Shown here piece by piece: positions 63,530-64,000 of a DNA stretch of 64,000 bases. Numbering within the stretch: position 1 is the stretch's first letter; each line of letters opens with the position of its first letter. The position numbers and the translations under genes were made by a program. Source of the stretch: Vicugna vicugna (taxonomy: Eukaryota); contig MU058528.1 of assembly GCA_013265495.1 (NCBI GenBank), positions 1-64,000 of the forward strand, in the 5' to 3' direction. The notes under the pieces were generated by a model, which was not told the origin of the DNA, did not search any database, and worked only from the letters and a program-made list of their open reading frames with translations.

Positions 63530-64000
63530 AGCGTGCTCTGCTACAGCCTCCGTGGTCTGGGGGGTGTGTGTGTGTGTGTGTGTGTGTGTCTACAGAGAAT
63601 GGGTGGAAGGCAGATGAGGAATTCATCTTTGTACGCCTGGCAAGATAGATTGGTTTTGGCCTTTCTTGAAGAATTAGCATTATTAAATTTTTAAAAAGTA
63701 ATTACCTCCCAAAAAGGACAAGCGAATAAGACTCTCTTCCAGAGTTACCATTTGGTGCCAGTTACCAGGCATTACTCCATATCACTCCATGCAACACAGG
63801 ATGTGGTCTGATGTTTAATCTAAGTACGCACTCCACTTTTTTCTGGATAGAAGGAAGGGACTTACATAGCTTCTTTCTTACAGAATGACTTTGTAGAAAA
63901 CTGCTTTCTCTCCTTAAAAACTAGAATTACTCAGACAGACTATGATAAAAAAACAGTAAGTCCTGGCATTAAGCACACCTTGGCCCCCAGCAACCATTTT

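Overview
Mammalian genomic DNA, most likely camelid (inferred from three Vic-1-type tRNA-derived SINEs). Bases 1-21.4 kb hold the 3' end of CD109, a GPI-anchored alpha-2-macroglobulin/C3-family protein and TGF-beta co-receptor. It is on the + strand, with five GT-AG exons in phase (78-143, 2865-3007, 6186-6333, 14867-14969, 16974-17161) and a ~4.2 kb 3' UTR. A decayed full-length (~6.8 kb) sense LINE-1 sits in the intron after the third exon. The remaining ~42 kb has no supportable gene: it is L1 fragments, ERV/MaLR solo LTRs, MER20/MER5 DNA transposons, MIR/L2 relics and microsatellites, with several nested insertions carrying clear target-site duplications (TSDs). I found no convincing new biological system. 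The best leads concern CD109 processing: RVRK in place of the furin tetrabasic site, an apparent TGA->CGA stop-loss extending the GPI signal, and a possible exon-skip route to a secreted form. Several SINE/L1 copies also appear to carry extra 3' sequence inside their TSDs. Family names and human comparisons are from memory, not from database searches.
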